Shown: positions 31,100 through 41,000 of the stretch, piece by piece
Layout of the letters: the number at the start of each line of letters is the position of its first letter
Position numbering within the stretch: position 1 is the stretch's first letter
DNA from: Thainema sp.
GTDB taxonomy: Bacteria > Cyanobacteriota > Cyanobacteriia > Phormidesmidales > Phormidesmidaceae
Assembly: GCA_052168235.1 (NCBI GenBank)
Contig: JBQLZK010000010.1
Location: 1 to 64,000, forward strand
Reading direction: 5' to 3'
Length of the DNA: 64,000 nt
The notes under the pieces: model-generated
What the model was told of the DNA's origin: nothing
The model's input: only the letters and a program-made list of their open reading frames with translations
Databases searched by the model: none
Program-made: the position numbers and the translations under genes

Positions 31100-32380
31100 A
31101 TGAATAATGACTTATTTCGGTTAGGGGTTGTTTTTACTCACCCAACACAGCATCACGGCCCCTTGTGGAGAAAACTAAGTGAACAGCCGGGAGTATCGCT
31201 CCAGGTTTTATATCTATCCAGTGAAAATCAATCTGCTGGGGATAGCTTTTTGGGGAATCAGGCAAGACCCTGGGACGTGGATCTTTTAGGGGGATACTCC
31301 TATGAGTATTTAAAGGATCTATCAGGTAAGGTTCCGACTCAGCGAAAAAAGTCGGTGATTAGTCCAGCCCTTTTAAATCGTCTAACCCCCGGTAATTTTG
31401 ATGCTATTTTTATGCAGAGTTTCGTCAACTACTCTTATCGGTTGACCGCAGTTATCTGCAAACTTCGGGGCATTCCCCTCATCATGCAAAACGACGCCAG
31501 TATGATGTCTGATGCTCGTTATGGGCGACTACGGCTGATTGCCATGGCTGTGCTTTATCCCTGGATGAATAATCTAGCGAACTATTGGCTATCCTGCGGG
31601 AACCATAACGAAATTCATCTGCGGCACTATGGCGTATCGGATGACAAGATCGTGCGGGGCTGCCATCCCGTAGATGGCGATCGCTTTCAGCAAACTATTG
31701 CCGCTCAGCCAGAGGAAGTACAGCGTATCCGTCAGGAACTGGCATGGGATGAAAATACCATCCTGTACGGGTTTATGGGTAAATATATTGAGCGGAAGAA
31801 CCCCTTTGAATTTATTGACGCAATCGCCAAAGCTCACCAACGTGATCCACGGGTTCGAGGAGTTTTGTTTGGGGGGGGCGATCTTGATTCTGCCATCAAT
31901 CAACGGATTGCAGAACTCAATGGCGAAGTAATTAACTACGGCTTCGTCAACCAGTCTCAGATTCCCCTTTACTTTGCAGCCCTGGACGTTTTCATTTCAA
32001 CATCTTGGATTGATCCGCATCCTCTAGTTGTTTCAGAGGCGATGGTATCTGGAACACCCCCTATTTTGAGCGATCGCTGCGGTAACTGGGGCTATAGCGA
32101 TACGGTACGCCATAAATACAATGGCCTGGTTTACCAGTGCGGTAAGGTAGACAGCTTGGTGGCAGCCATTCTTGAAATGACCGACACCGACACTCGCCAG
32201 CGGTATAGCGATCGCTCCCAAGAAGTCTTCGGAGAACAAGATCTCTACTGTGAAGTCAACGCTTTTCTAGAAGTGATTGAACGCATTAAAGCCCAAAAGG
32301 GACTGTTGTCAGTGCCCACGCTTACTACTAGCCCTTTGCCAGAGACCGTCACTCAGCAGATGCCTGCTGAAATGCCCTAG
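31100..32380 (+). CDS. GT4 family glycosyltransferase
   Basis: THPTQH, GKYIERKNP, DPHPLVVSEAMVSGTPPILSD; ATG at 31100 preferred over GTG at 31058. Confidence 0.88.
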   Translation: MNNDLFRLGVVFTHPTQHHGPLWRKLSEQPGVSLQVLYLSSENQSAGDSFLGNQARPWDVDLLGGYSYEYLKDLSGKVPTQRKKSVISPALLNRLTPGNFDAIFMQSFVNYSYRLTAVICKLRGIPLIMQNDASMMSDARYGRLRLIAMAVLYPWMNNLANYWLSCGNHNEIHLRHYGVSDDKIVRGCHPVDGDRFQQTIAAQPEEVQRIRQELAWDENTILYGFMGKYIERKNPFEFIDAIAKAHQRDPRVRGVLFGGGDLDSAINQRIAELNGEVINYGFVNQSQIPLYFAALDVFISTSWIDPHPLVVSEAMVSGTPPILSDRCGNWGYSDTVRHKYNGLVYQCGKVDSLVAAILEMTDTDTRQRYSDRSQEVFGEQDLYCEVNAFLEVIERIKAQKGLLSVPTLTTSPLPETVTQQMPAEMP

Positions 32381-32408
32381 GCCCTGCTCGTACTGAGGTT
32401 AACAAATC

Positions 32409-33641
32409 ATGAAAGTACTGATATCGGCCTATTCCTGCGAGCCCGGCAGGGGATCAGAACGGGGGGTAGGTTGGAACGTTGCTTATGAAGTGGCCAAACG
32501 TAATGAGGTGTGGGTCTTAACCCGTCCTGATGAAAGTCAAGAGGCGATCGAAGCAGAGTTGGCGGCTAACCCTATGCCGAATCTGCACTTCGTCTATTTT
32601 ACCCTACCTTTTTGGCAAGACAGTATGCGGCTAGGGCAGTCAGGGGCGATGCAGATTCACTACTATCTCTGGCAGATTCAAGCCTACTTTGTGGCACGTA
32701 AGCTCCATCAAGAAATTGGCTTCGACATCGCCCATCATGTCACCTTTGTGAAATATTCAGCCCCTAGTCTCCTGTCTTTATTGCCGATTCCCTTTATTTG
32801 GGGACCCGTCGGAGGTGGAGAGTCAGCCCCTCCCAAGTTTTGGAAAGACTTTAGCTTGCGGGCGCGGCTATACGAATGGGCACGTGACATTACCCGCAAT
32901 ATCGGACAGCGTGATCCCTTAGTGGGGCTCACCATCCGTAACACTGCTGTAGTACGCGCCACGACGGACGATACGGCAAAACGCCTCTACCGGATGGGCG
33001 CAATAGATGTCCAAATTGTGCCAGAAGTAGGGCTGCTAGATGAAGAAATTGCAGCCTTGTACCAATTTCCATTGCCTGATTCGCAACCTGTGCGCTTTAT
33101 CAGCATGGGGCGATTGCTTCACTGGAAGGGGTTCCACTTGGGAATCCAGGCATTTGCCAGAGCTAGTTTGCCTGATGCGGAATACTGGCTCGTCGGGGAT
33201 GGCCCAGAATTGGCCAAGTTACAGCTGTTAGCTCAGGAACTTGGCGTGTCCTATCAGGTGAAATTTTGGGGACGGCTCCCCCGCGAAGAGACCCTGAAGC
33301 GCTTAGGAGAAAGCCATGTTTTAGTGCATCCTAGCCTGCATGATTCTGGAGGATGGGTTTGTATTGAAGCTATGGCATCCGGTCGTCCTGTGATTTGTTT
33401 AAATCTTGGTGGACCTGCTATCCAAGTCACTGAAAAAACAGGCTTTAAGGTGCCTGCTCAAGAGCCGGAGCAAGCGACCCAAGAGATGGCAACGGCAATG
33501 CAAAAGCTAGCGTACGATCCTGATTTACGGGTACAAATGGGACAGGCGGGCCGTCAACTAGTTGCAGACAACTTTAGCTGGAAAGTTGTTGGCAATCGCC
33601 TTAATTTACTGTACGAGGAAACTGTTAAATCAGAGCCCTAG
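32409..33641 (+). CDS. GT4 family glycosyltransferase
   Basis: MKVLISAYSCEPGRGSE, GRLLHWKG, HPSLHDSGGWVCIEAMASGRPV. Confidence 0.92.
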   Translation: MKVLISAYSCEPGRGSERGVGWNVAYEVAKRNEVWVLTRPDESQEAIEAELAANPMPNLHFVYFTLPFWQDSMRLGQSGAMQIHYYLWQIQAYFVARKLHQEIGFDIAHHVTFVKYSAPSLLSLLPIPFIWGPVGGGESAPPKFWKDFSLRARLYEWARDITRNIGQRDPLVGLTIRNTAVVRATTDDTAKRLYRMGAIDVQIVPEVGLLDEEIAALYQFPLPDSQPVRFISMGRLLHWKGFHLGIQAFARASLPDAEYWLVGDGPELAKLQLLAQELGVSYQVKFWGRLPREETLKRLGESHVLVHPSLHDSGGWVCIEAMASGRPVICLNLGGPAIQVTEKTGFKVPAQEPEQATQEMATAMQKLAYDPDLRVQMGQAGRQLVADNFSWKVVGNRLNLLYEETVKSEP

Positions 33642-33791
33642 TGTGCTTAAGCAATAGTGCTATAAGAACCTTCCTAAAAACTGAAAGAACTTAATTTGTT
33701 ATCTTTAAGCTTACATGTAGAGCCTGAGCTTAATTATCCAATATCAGTCACGGCGAAGCACTATATTTTATGGCCCTGAGAGTTATTTACT

Positions 33792-34925
33792 ATGCGTGTG
33801 TTGATTCCTGCCCTGCATCGACCGACTAAACCCACAGGGGTTTGTAGGCACGCGGTTAATCTGGCTCAATGCTTAGCATCTACTCATCAGGTTAGCCAGG
33901 TTACGCTTTTAATCGGACAATGGCAACATGACTATTTTGAGCAAGCTTTCAACCTAACGTCTCCTAAAATTCACATTCAAAGCGTTGATATTCAGAATAC
34001 TTCCCTGGCTAGAAATCGTTGGTTTATGTTTGGATTGCCCAAAATAGCAAGTCAACTAAAACCTGATTTAATTCATATGTCCTTTCCCTTTCCCTTTATA
34101 CGGGCATGGCTTAAGGTTCCAGTAATATCCACTATTCATGATTTATACCCTTACGAATGTCCAGAGAACTTTGGATATCCCCAAGTTTGGTTCAACCAAC
34201 TCTTTCTCCAACAATGCGTTCAAGAAAGTGATGGTTTAGTATGCGTGTCTAAATGCACACTAGAAGTGCTAAAGTCCTACTTCCCGCAGGTTAAAGATGT
34301 TAAATCTACAGCGGTGATTTATAACATTGTAGATTTTGAGGGAATCGCTTCGAAAAGACCTGCAGCATTAGAGGATACTTTTGATATCCACTTTCTCCTT
34401 TCCGTAGCCCAGCACCGAAAAAATAAAAATTTGGACTTGCTCATTCAAGTCTACAGTCAACTTCTTCAGAATGGTCGGTTAAAACCTAATACTCAACTAT
34501 TGCTCGTTGGTAGTTCAGGACCGGAAACAGAGTATTTGCAGGCGTTAGTGCAGACTTTAAAACTGGTTGAACAAGTTAAATTTTTGTCCGGCCTTGAAGA
34601 CGGAGAATTACGCTGGCTATATGAGTTTGCAGATCTGTTTGTCATTCCTTCCTCAACAGAGGGATTCTGTTTACCTTTGGTGGAAGCTTTAACCTTAGCC
34701 TGTCCAGCAGTCTGTTCAGATATTCCTATTTTTCAAGAAGTAGGTGCTTTAAGATGTCGTTACTTTCAGCTAGAGGGGGATCGCAGCCATAATTTAGCAG
34801 AAGCAATTCTTGCTGGGCTTAATATTAGCAACCGCCGAGACATGCCGACAGATTTGAGATTTTCCAGGACTGAGGTTGCTCAGCAGCTAATTAATTTTTA
34901 TCAATCTCATCTAAATTGTGGTTGA
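33792..34925 (+). CDS. GT4 family glycosyltransferase
   Basis: TIHDLYP, RKNKN, PSSTEGFCLPLVEAL...SDIP. Confidence 0.9.
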   Translation: MRVLIPALHRPTKPTGVCRHAVNLAQCLASTHQVSQVTLLIGQWQHDYFEQAFNLTSPKIHIQSVDIQNTSLARNRWFMFGLPKIASQLKPDLIHMSFPFPFIRAWLKVPVISTIHDLYPYECPENFGYPQVWFNQLFLQQCVQESDGLVCVSKCTLEVLKSYFPQVKDVKSTAVIYNIVDFEGIASKRPAALEDTFDIHFLLSVAQHRKNKNLDLLIQVYSQLLQNGRLKPNTQLLLVGSSGPETEYLQALVQTLKLVEQVKFLSGLEDGELRWLYEFADLFVIPSSTEGFCLPLVEALTLACPAVCSDIPIFQEVGALRCRYFQLEGDRSHNLAEAILAGLNISNRRDMPTDLRFSRTEVAQQLINFYQSHLNCG

Positions 34926-35007
34926 GTGACTTTCATAAATCCCCTTTAAAGCATGGAACTATGATTTGAAGTTATTTATGTATCTGAGAGAGTAGTCATT
35001 AACTATC

Positions 35008-36408
35008 ATGCAACGCCATCTTGAGACAAATTCATATATTAGAAAGCGTAAAAGGGTCAATCAAATCAACAATTCAGCGCTTATTCTGATGGCGTTTGCA
35101 ACCGCTTTTTTCCCTCGATTTTTGTCTTCATTGGGAGCACCTTCAATTATTAATTTTGTTCATTTTGGAACAATTCCAGGTGCTTTTTTTGTAGCCTTGC
35201 TGACCACACAAACACGCAATCAGCAGAGAGTCAAGGTCATTTGGGAATTATTGGGAGGGATCTTAATATTTCTTGTTTGTCTCATATTTAGCGGATTGCT
35301 CAATAACGCGGGAATAGTCAATATCTTTTTACAATTTATGTTTCAGGCCGAGCCTTTTATGCTCTTAGTGGCCATCATCGCAGTTCCCTTACATGGAGAA
35401 AAATTTAAGCGATTTCAGTATTGGCTTTTGGGCTTTGCCGCATCTAACCTCTTGTTAGCGATCGCACAAGCAGTCTTGATGCCAACTGGAATTTATCCTA
35501 AACCTAAAGGAGGCACCCTAGCAGATAACATTGTCGGTGTTTTTGGCGGCGGCGGTGGCAGTGCTGCCAACTATGTTTCTTGTACAGTATCCATTTTCTT
35601 TGGCCTTTACTTCTTTAATAGATTTAAAGACTTACCTTTATGGGCAAGAGCTTTACCGCTATTAGGTGCCCTCTATCAAACTCAAGCCTCCGATTCAAAG
35701 CAAGTGTTTTTGGCATTAGTTTTAGGTTGGATGGTCTTAAGCATTACCCAGTTTGAAAAACCTGGCCGATTATTTGCATATGTCTCCATCGGATTAATAG
35801 GAATCTTAGTCTTTTCCTGGGCTTTATTTAATGTAGAAGCAGAATTTTTGGCCCCTTACCAAAATTGGGTAAATCGGCCTATTTGGGGTTGGGATGGACT
35901 CGCTGCTCAAACCAAATTTGCTGCTTTTTATCTTGTCCCTCCTCACTTTGAAAGTCCCCTCAATTGGCTTTTTGGTCTAGGTCCAGGCCATACAGTGACT
36001 CGTCTAGGTGGATGGTTTTTAAATCGAGACAAAGCTTTGCAAAGCCTTCTAATGCCTTTAGGTGCAACCATTCATCCAGTGTCGTTAGAAGTCTGGGGTA
36101 TTGTTGACACTAGTTTCCTACCCCAAGAGTCCACTGTGTACTTCCCCTTGTTTACCTGGGCTGGTATGTGGGGAGATATTGGCTTTGCTGGGATAGGCGC
36201 TTACTTATATTTATGCTCAATTGTTTGGAGAAAAATTTGTGTGGATGACTTCGGCAAATTTCTCATGTTATCTACCTTTAGTTTTGGCTGGATTCTCACT
36301 CAAATGGAAGAACCAGGCCATATGCTGACAGTAGCTTGCTTACTTGCATCGAGATGGCAGGAACACCAGGCAGAGCGTTCTTCTAATAGCTTGCTTTTGA
36401 AAGATTAA
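35008..36408 (+). CDS. Polytopic membrane protein, probable Wzy polymerase / O-antigen-ligase-like
   Basis: About 10-12 hydrophobic segments; large loop with WLFGLGPGH; last gene of the GT/sulfotransferase run. Confidence 0.55.
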   Translation: MQRHLETNSYIRKRKRVNQINNSALILMAFATAFFPRFLSSLGAPSIINFVHFGTIPGAFFVALLTTQTRNQQRVKVIWELLGGILIFLVCLIFSGLLNNAGIVNIFLQFMFQAEPFMLLVAIIAVPLHGEKFKRFQYWLLGFAASNLLLAIAQAVLMPTGIYPKPKGGTLADNIVGVFGGGGGSAANYVSCTVSIFFGLYFFNRFKDLPLWARALPLLGALYQTQASDSKQVFLALVLGWMVLSITQFEKPGRLFAYVSIGLIGILVFSWALFNVEAEFLAPYQNWVNRPIWGWDGLAAQTKFAAFYLVPPHFESPLNWLFGLGPGHTVTRLGGWFLNRDKALQSLLMPLGATIHPVSLEVWGIVDTSFLPQESTVYFPLFTWAGMWGDIGFAGIGAYLYLCSIVWRKICVDDFGKFLMLSTFSFGWILTQMEEPGHMLTVACLLASRWQEHQAERSSNSLLLKD

Positions 36409-36797
36409 CTCCTTAAAAAAATGCTCAGAACGCTGGTTCAGCATAGCTAGAGTCTTGTATTTTTAATGGTAAGCCTATAAAACTTGTTGATTATAATGTC
36501 ACTTATATCCATTTTTTAAAGTAAGACTACAAAACTCATATTTTCAAAGCCTCTCTCAGAGTAGAAGAGGAGTTTTAGGACGAGGATAAAATATAGCGAC
36601 TTAAACAAGAATTAAGATAGCTTTTCTAGAGAGAGTTAGGACGTTGGTTATGTATGGGGATATAGGGCCACGGTCTCAGTCAGGAGTGAAATGTCTATAC
36701 CTCATGTTCTGACTAACTCTTCTAATGCTATATAATTCCAAATTTCTCAGTTAAAGCTATAGACACTCTCTTCAACTTCACTTAGCTAGTGTCTAAA

Positions 36798-36952
36798 CTA
36801 AGGTGTTCTCTAGAAATAAATTTCCCATTATAGGTTGGTGCCAAGAAACGAGACCCAACAGGCTCAAATCCTTATGTTGCTGGGTTTCCTAACGTCAACC
36901 GCAATTTACGCTACACATTTTTTGGGTAATTTCTTTTTCAGAGATGTCCTAG
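36798..36952. mobile_element. Degenerate MITE/REP-like element with nested inverted repeats
   Basis: Imperfect outer IRs CTAAGGTGTTCTCTAGAAATAAATTTCCCA / TGGGTAATTTCTTTTTCAGAGATGTCCTAG enclose an inverted pair resembling the cyanobacterial GTAGGTTGGG...AACGAAACCCAAC repeat. Confidence 0.45.
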
Positions 36953-37123
36953 CTATAAGTTAAGCCTACTTAAAATCAAGGATTAAAAGAAGTTCAAGGC
37001 AACTATTGCATTAAATTTAGATTTCTTAGAGCTTTAGCCAAAGAAATCGCGGTAGGGTAGGGTAGGGTTACAGTTTTTAGGATTGATTAGAAAAGCCCCT
37101 GCTTTGAAATTTCTAAAGGTACT

Positions 37124-40100
37124 ATGACAACTTATTATGTTTCAGTAACAGGCATTGATGCCCCAGATCGCGATGGTTTATCTTGGGAAACTGCTTGGAA
37201 CTCTTTGGCTTATGCTAGCGATCGCGTATCTGCCGGCAATCACACCATTCAATTAGGGTCTGGAACCTTCATTGCAACAGAAACCGCACGTCCTCAAAGT
37301 GGCATTACGATCGCTGGGATGAGACGGGACGGAGAAACCAGAACAGAAATTCTCGCTACGTCTGACTGGAGCCTATCGTCCGATCCGAGAGACGGAACGG
37401 TTGCGCTGAATGAGTATTTAATTACCTTACAAAATGTTCAAGATATTACTATTCGAGATTTAACTCTGGCTTCCCACCCAGAACAGCGGATTACAGGGGG
37501 AGTTTATGGCGCAGCGGTAGATAACGTTGCAGTTGAGAGAACGGCAATTAAGGATTTTCGTTGGGCCGGGTTACAATTTGAGCTTTCAGAGAACCTAAAT
37601 ATTCGTAATAACTATATTGAAAATGCAAGTACTGAGAAATTTGGGTATACCAATGGTTTAATAAGTACCCGTTATATTAAAAACTCAGAGATTAGCCATA
37701 ACACTATTATTTCTACAGTTGAGCGAGGTTATGGCTATAAAGGGGCAGGCCATGAAAATGTTCGGATTGTCAATAATATTTTTAATCTAGAGCGTGGTTT
37801 TGCCATTGAATCTGCTCATGACAATGAATTTGGCGTAGAAATTGCATATAACTTTGCCAACCAAACCATTTCAATTCCAAAAGGTGGACAAGGAGCTGAT
37901 CCTGCCAATCGAGGATATGAATACTCATTTTGGATTCATCATAATCTTTTGACAGATAGTTATACCTTTGAAGGCCCCCGGAATCATCTACGGATTAGCC
38001 ATAACTATGTTCGTACTGATAGCACTGGAGGGAATTTTTATACTCACCATGGAGGAATTAATAATGGCCCTATTTGGATTCACAAAAATGTAATAGAAAA
38101 CGTTGATCGCGGTCTCATTTGGATGAATCAGGGACTTGCTGAAAATATTTATGTTTATCACAATACTGTTACTCTGGCAGATGCTGGCGATCGCGCTGGT
38201 GCAATTTTAACGGCCCCAAATCGGGAAGGTTTGGGTGAAAGCCTCAATAACTGGGTTGCACACAACAACATCTTTATTGCTCCTGAGAGTCAGCCTAGAG
38301 CCTTATTTCCTGATAATGGAGTGGGGAGCAAAATTACTGCAACCAATAATATCTTTCTAAATGTGACTGATATCCCAGAAGGGAATTATGTTGATGCTGA
38401 TCCAGGTTTTCTAAACACAGGCGATCGCCCCTGGCCCTTTTATACACCATCAACCTTAGAGAGCCTCATGGTTGATTCAGGTATAGATGTAGGGTTACCT
38501 TTCTCAGGGAGTGCCCCTGATATTGGCGCTTATGAATTAGGGGACGACAGTCCTTTTCCTATCCACGTCGACTTGCTCGATATCGAAACATTAATCAATG
38601 GCAATAAAGCTGATTTGCCTAATCTAGCCGTTCCAGTAGCTGCTGGCGAAGTCCTAACCTGGACCTATCAAATCACCAACTTAGGAACCACCATTTTTAG
38701 GGCTGCAGATCTGACTATTCTGGATGAGCAAGGATTAGTCCCCTTATTAGATGAGACTAGTGATGCCAACAATGATGGCTTGCTCCTGCCTGGTGAAACC
38801 TGGATTTATACAGCTAGTGATACGGCAAAAGATCTAACTACTATGGGAGACGGTAGCGCCACCTATCGCAAGGTTGGTAGCGTCATAGCAACTCGTAATC
38901 TCGAAGGCTTAATCGGTGCCGACACAAATGGTCACTTAGTGGCAACAGATGCTGGTTACTATCGAAACCCCTTTGAAGTTGGCTTACTTTTTAGCCTCAG
39001 TACCGACACCACTTTACAAGGACTTACGATTGCTGACGAAGATATTGTGCAGTATGACGGTAATCAGTTGTCTAAGTTTTTCGATGGGTCTGATGTTGGT
39101 TTAGAAACTGTAGAAATCAGTGCTTTTGATGTCATTAGTGAAAATGAAATTTTGCTGTCCTTTATGGAAACCATCACTCTAACAGGGGTAGGGACAGTTG
39201 AAGCAACCGACATTGTGAAGTTTACGGCATCTAGCCTGGGCGAGGTTACAGCAGGGACGTTTAGTTTGTATCTAGATGGTAGCGATGTTGGCTTAACGAG
39301 AAGTGGAGAGAATATTGATGCCTTAACTCAATTGCCAAACGGTTCTCTCCTAATTTCTACAAAAGGAGGGATAAAGGTTGCAGGAATGAGTGGTGCAGAT
39401 GAGGATGTTTTTCAATTTATTCCAACTTCATTGGGGGCAGATACTAAAGGTAGCTGGGTCTTTTTTTTTGATGGCAGTGATCTGGGGCTGGCAGACACTA
39501 ATGGTGAAGATATTGATGCAATAGGGATAACTGAAACAGGCCAATTTCTCCTCTCAACTACTGGCTCGTTTCAGGTACAGGGTCTATCCGGTGAAGATGA
39601 GGATGTTGCTGTTTTAACTATGTCCTCAATGGGCAATAATTCAGTTGGCAGCTTTGATCCAGCTCTATTTTTAGAGGGTAGCGAATTAGATATTCTAGGG
39701 GATATTTCAGGGCTGGATTATCTCAACCTGTCAGCAGGGCCGAACAGTAACACGATTCCCGATGCTCAAGATGATATTGCCGCAACAACTGAGGCGGCCC
39801 AACTTTTAATCGATGTGTTATCAAACGACGAAGATGCAGACGCTGACCTGCTCACAGTTAGCGCCATTAATGGGTCATCCACGGTGCCTAATACGACTCT
39901 GGCATTGGCCTCTGGTGCTTTAGTGACGGTTAATGCGGACGGCACCTTACTGTATAACCCTAATGCTCAATTTGCTCCTCTGGAGGAAGGGCAGACTGCT
40001 AGCGATACGTTTAGCTATACCGCCAATGATGGTAAAGGGGGGGAGAGTACAGCGACTGTCCTGGTCACTATTCTCGGAGTCGGCAATACGGCTAACCGCA

Positions 40101-40885
40101 GTCCTCTGGCAATAATGGATAGCGTGACAACGGATGAAGATAGAGTTCTGAATGGCAATGTTCTGTTGGACAACGGGAGTGGTTCGGATAGCGATCCAGA
40201 TGGAGATTTTTTGACGGTAGTTGCGATGAATGGAGATGAGACCGCGATCGCCCTGCCAACCCTGTTACCATCGGGAGCGTTGTTGATCCTGAATGTAGAC
40301 GGCACCTTTAACTATGATCCTCAGGGGGTGTACGAGGCTTTAGAAACTGGTGAAGTCGCCATAGACCGTTTTGATTACACCCTCAGTGATGGTCGTGGTG
40401 GCTTCAGTACGGCTACTGTAACGGTTGAAATAGTGGGGTTAGACGAGGCGATCGCCCCGATACGGTGGGAAGCGGAAGCCAGCCCTGACATTGTGAATTA
40501 TCGAACAGAAAATATTAGCGTGGCCTCTGGAGGACAAGTCCTGAGCTTATTTAAGCAGGGGAGTGATGAAGTAGGGCGTGCCTCGTTCGCATTTAATGCC
40601 CTGGCTGGTACCTACGACATCAAGATAGGCGCTTTTGATGAAGAGGATGGGTTAGCCCAATTCCAACTGCAGTTCTGGGATGCGGAAACCAATATTTCAA
40701 CTGATTTAGGGACGTTAACCCTCTCTAGTCAATTAGGGAGTAATGTACCCAATACCCAGACCTTGGTCGAGATCCTGGGAGCTAGCGCTATAAACTTCAC
40801 CCTGGGCGATCGCTTACTCATTACGGCCTTTGAACAAGGAAGCGAACACGCTCGGTTGGATTACATCGAACTCATTCCTGTGTAG
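37124..40885 (+). CDS. Large extracellular protein: N-terminal right-handed beta-helix (pectate-lyase-like fold), DGSD-type repeats, two cadherin/VCBS-like Ig domains, C-terminal CBM-like domain
   Basis: TYYVSVTG start, Asn-ladder I.NN.I repeats, APDIGAYE cap; DGSDVGL x3; DVLSNDEDAD...DTFSYT..DG.GG; IRWEAEAS...RLDYIELIPV. Confidence 0.72.
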   Translation: MTTYYVSVTGIDAPDRDGLSWETAWNSLAYASDRVSAGNHTIQLGSGTFIATETARPQSGITIAGMRRDGETRTEILATSDWSLSSDPRDGTVALNEYLITLQNVQDITIRDLTLASHPEQRITGGVYGAAVDNVAVERTAIKDFRWAGLQFELSENLNIRNNYIENASTEKFGYTNGLISTRYIKNSEISHNTIISTVERGYGYKGAGHENVRIVNNIFNLERGFAIESAHDNEFGVEIAYNFANQTISIPKGGQGADPANRGYEYSFWIHHNLLTDSYTFEGPRNHLRISHNYVRTDSTGGNFYTHHGGINNGPIWIHKNVIENVDRGLIWMNQGLAENIYVYHNTVTLADAGDRAGAILTAPNREGLGESLNNWVAHNNIFIAPESQPRALFPDNGVGSKITATNNIFLNVTDIPEGNYVDADPGFLNTGDRPWPFYTPSTLESLMVDSGIDVGLPFSGSAPDIGAYELGDDSPFPIHVDLLDIETLINGNKADLPNLAVPVAAGEVLTWTYQITNLGTTIFRAADLTILDEQGLVPLLDETSDANNDGLLLPGETWIYTASDTAKDLTTMGDGSATYRKVGSVIATRNLEGLIGADTNGHLVATDAGYYRNPFEVGLLFSLSTDTTLQGLTIADEDIVQYDGNQLSKFFDGSDVGLETVEISAFDVISENEILLSFMETITLTGVGTVEATDIVKFTASSLGEVTAGTFSLYLDGSDVGLTRSGENIDALTQLPNGSLLISTKGGIKVAGMSGADEDVFQFIPTSLGADTKGSWVFFFDGSDLGLADTNGEDIDAIGITETGQFLLSTTGSFQVQGLSGEDEDVAVLTMSSMGNNSVGSFDPALFLEGSELDILGDISGLDYLNLSAGPNSNTIPDAQDDIAATTEAAQLLIDVLSNDEDADADLLTVSAINGSSTVPNTTLALASGALVTVNADGTLLYNPNAQFAPLEEGQTASDTFSYTANDGKGGESTATVLVTILGVGNTANRSPLAIMDSVTTDEDRVLNGNVLLDNGSGSDSDPDGDFLTVVAMNGDETAIALPTLLPSGALLILNVDGTFNYDPQGVYEALETGEVAIDRFDYTLSDGRGGFSTATVTVEIVGLDEAIAPIRWEAEASPDIVNYRTENISVASGGQVLSLFKQGSDEVGRASFAFNALAGTYDIKIGAFDEEDGLAQFQLQFWDAETNISTDLGTLTLSSQLGSNVPNTQTLVEILGASAINFTLGDRLLITAFEQGSEHARLDYIELIPV

Positions 40886-40934
40886 GCACTTGCCCAGGTA
40901 GAGAACATTCTCTTGCTGTCCACCTACTGACAAC

Positions 40935-40969
40935 AAAAAAATAGCGGTACCTAAATCAGCACCGCTATT
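40935..40969 (-). terminator. Intrinsic terminator of the RTX gene
   Basis: AATAGCGGT / ACCGCTATT stem preceded on + by an A-run (U-tract on the minus strand), just past the stop at 41001. Confidence 0.6.
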
Positions 40970-41000
40970 GCCTATTGTCTGGAAACCAAAGTATGAGGAA

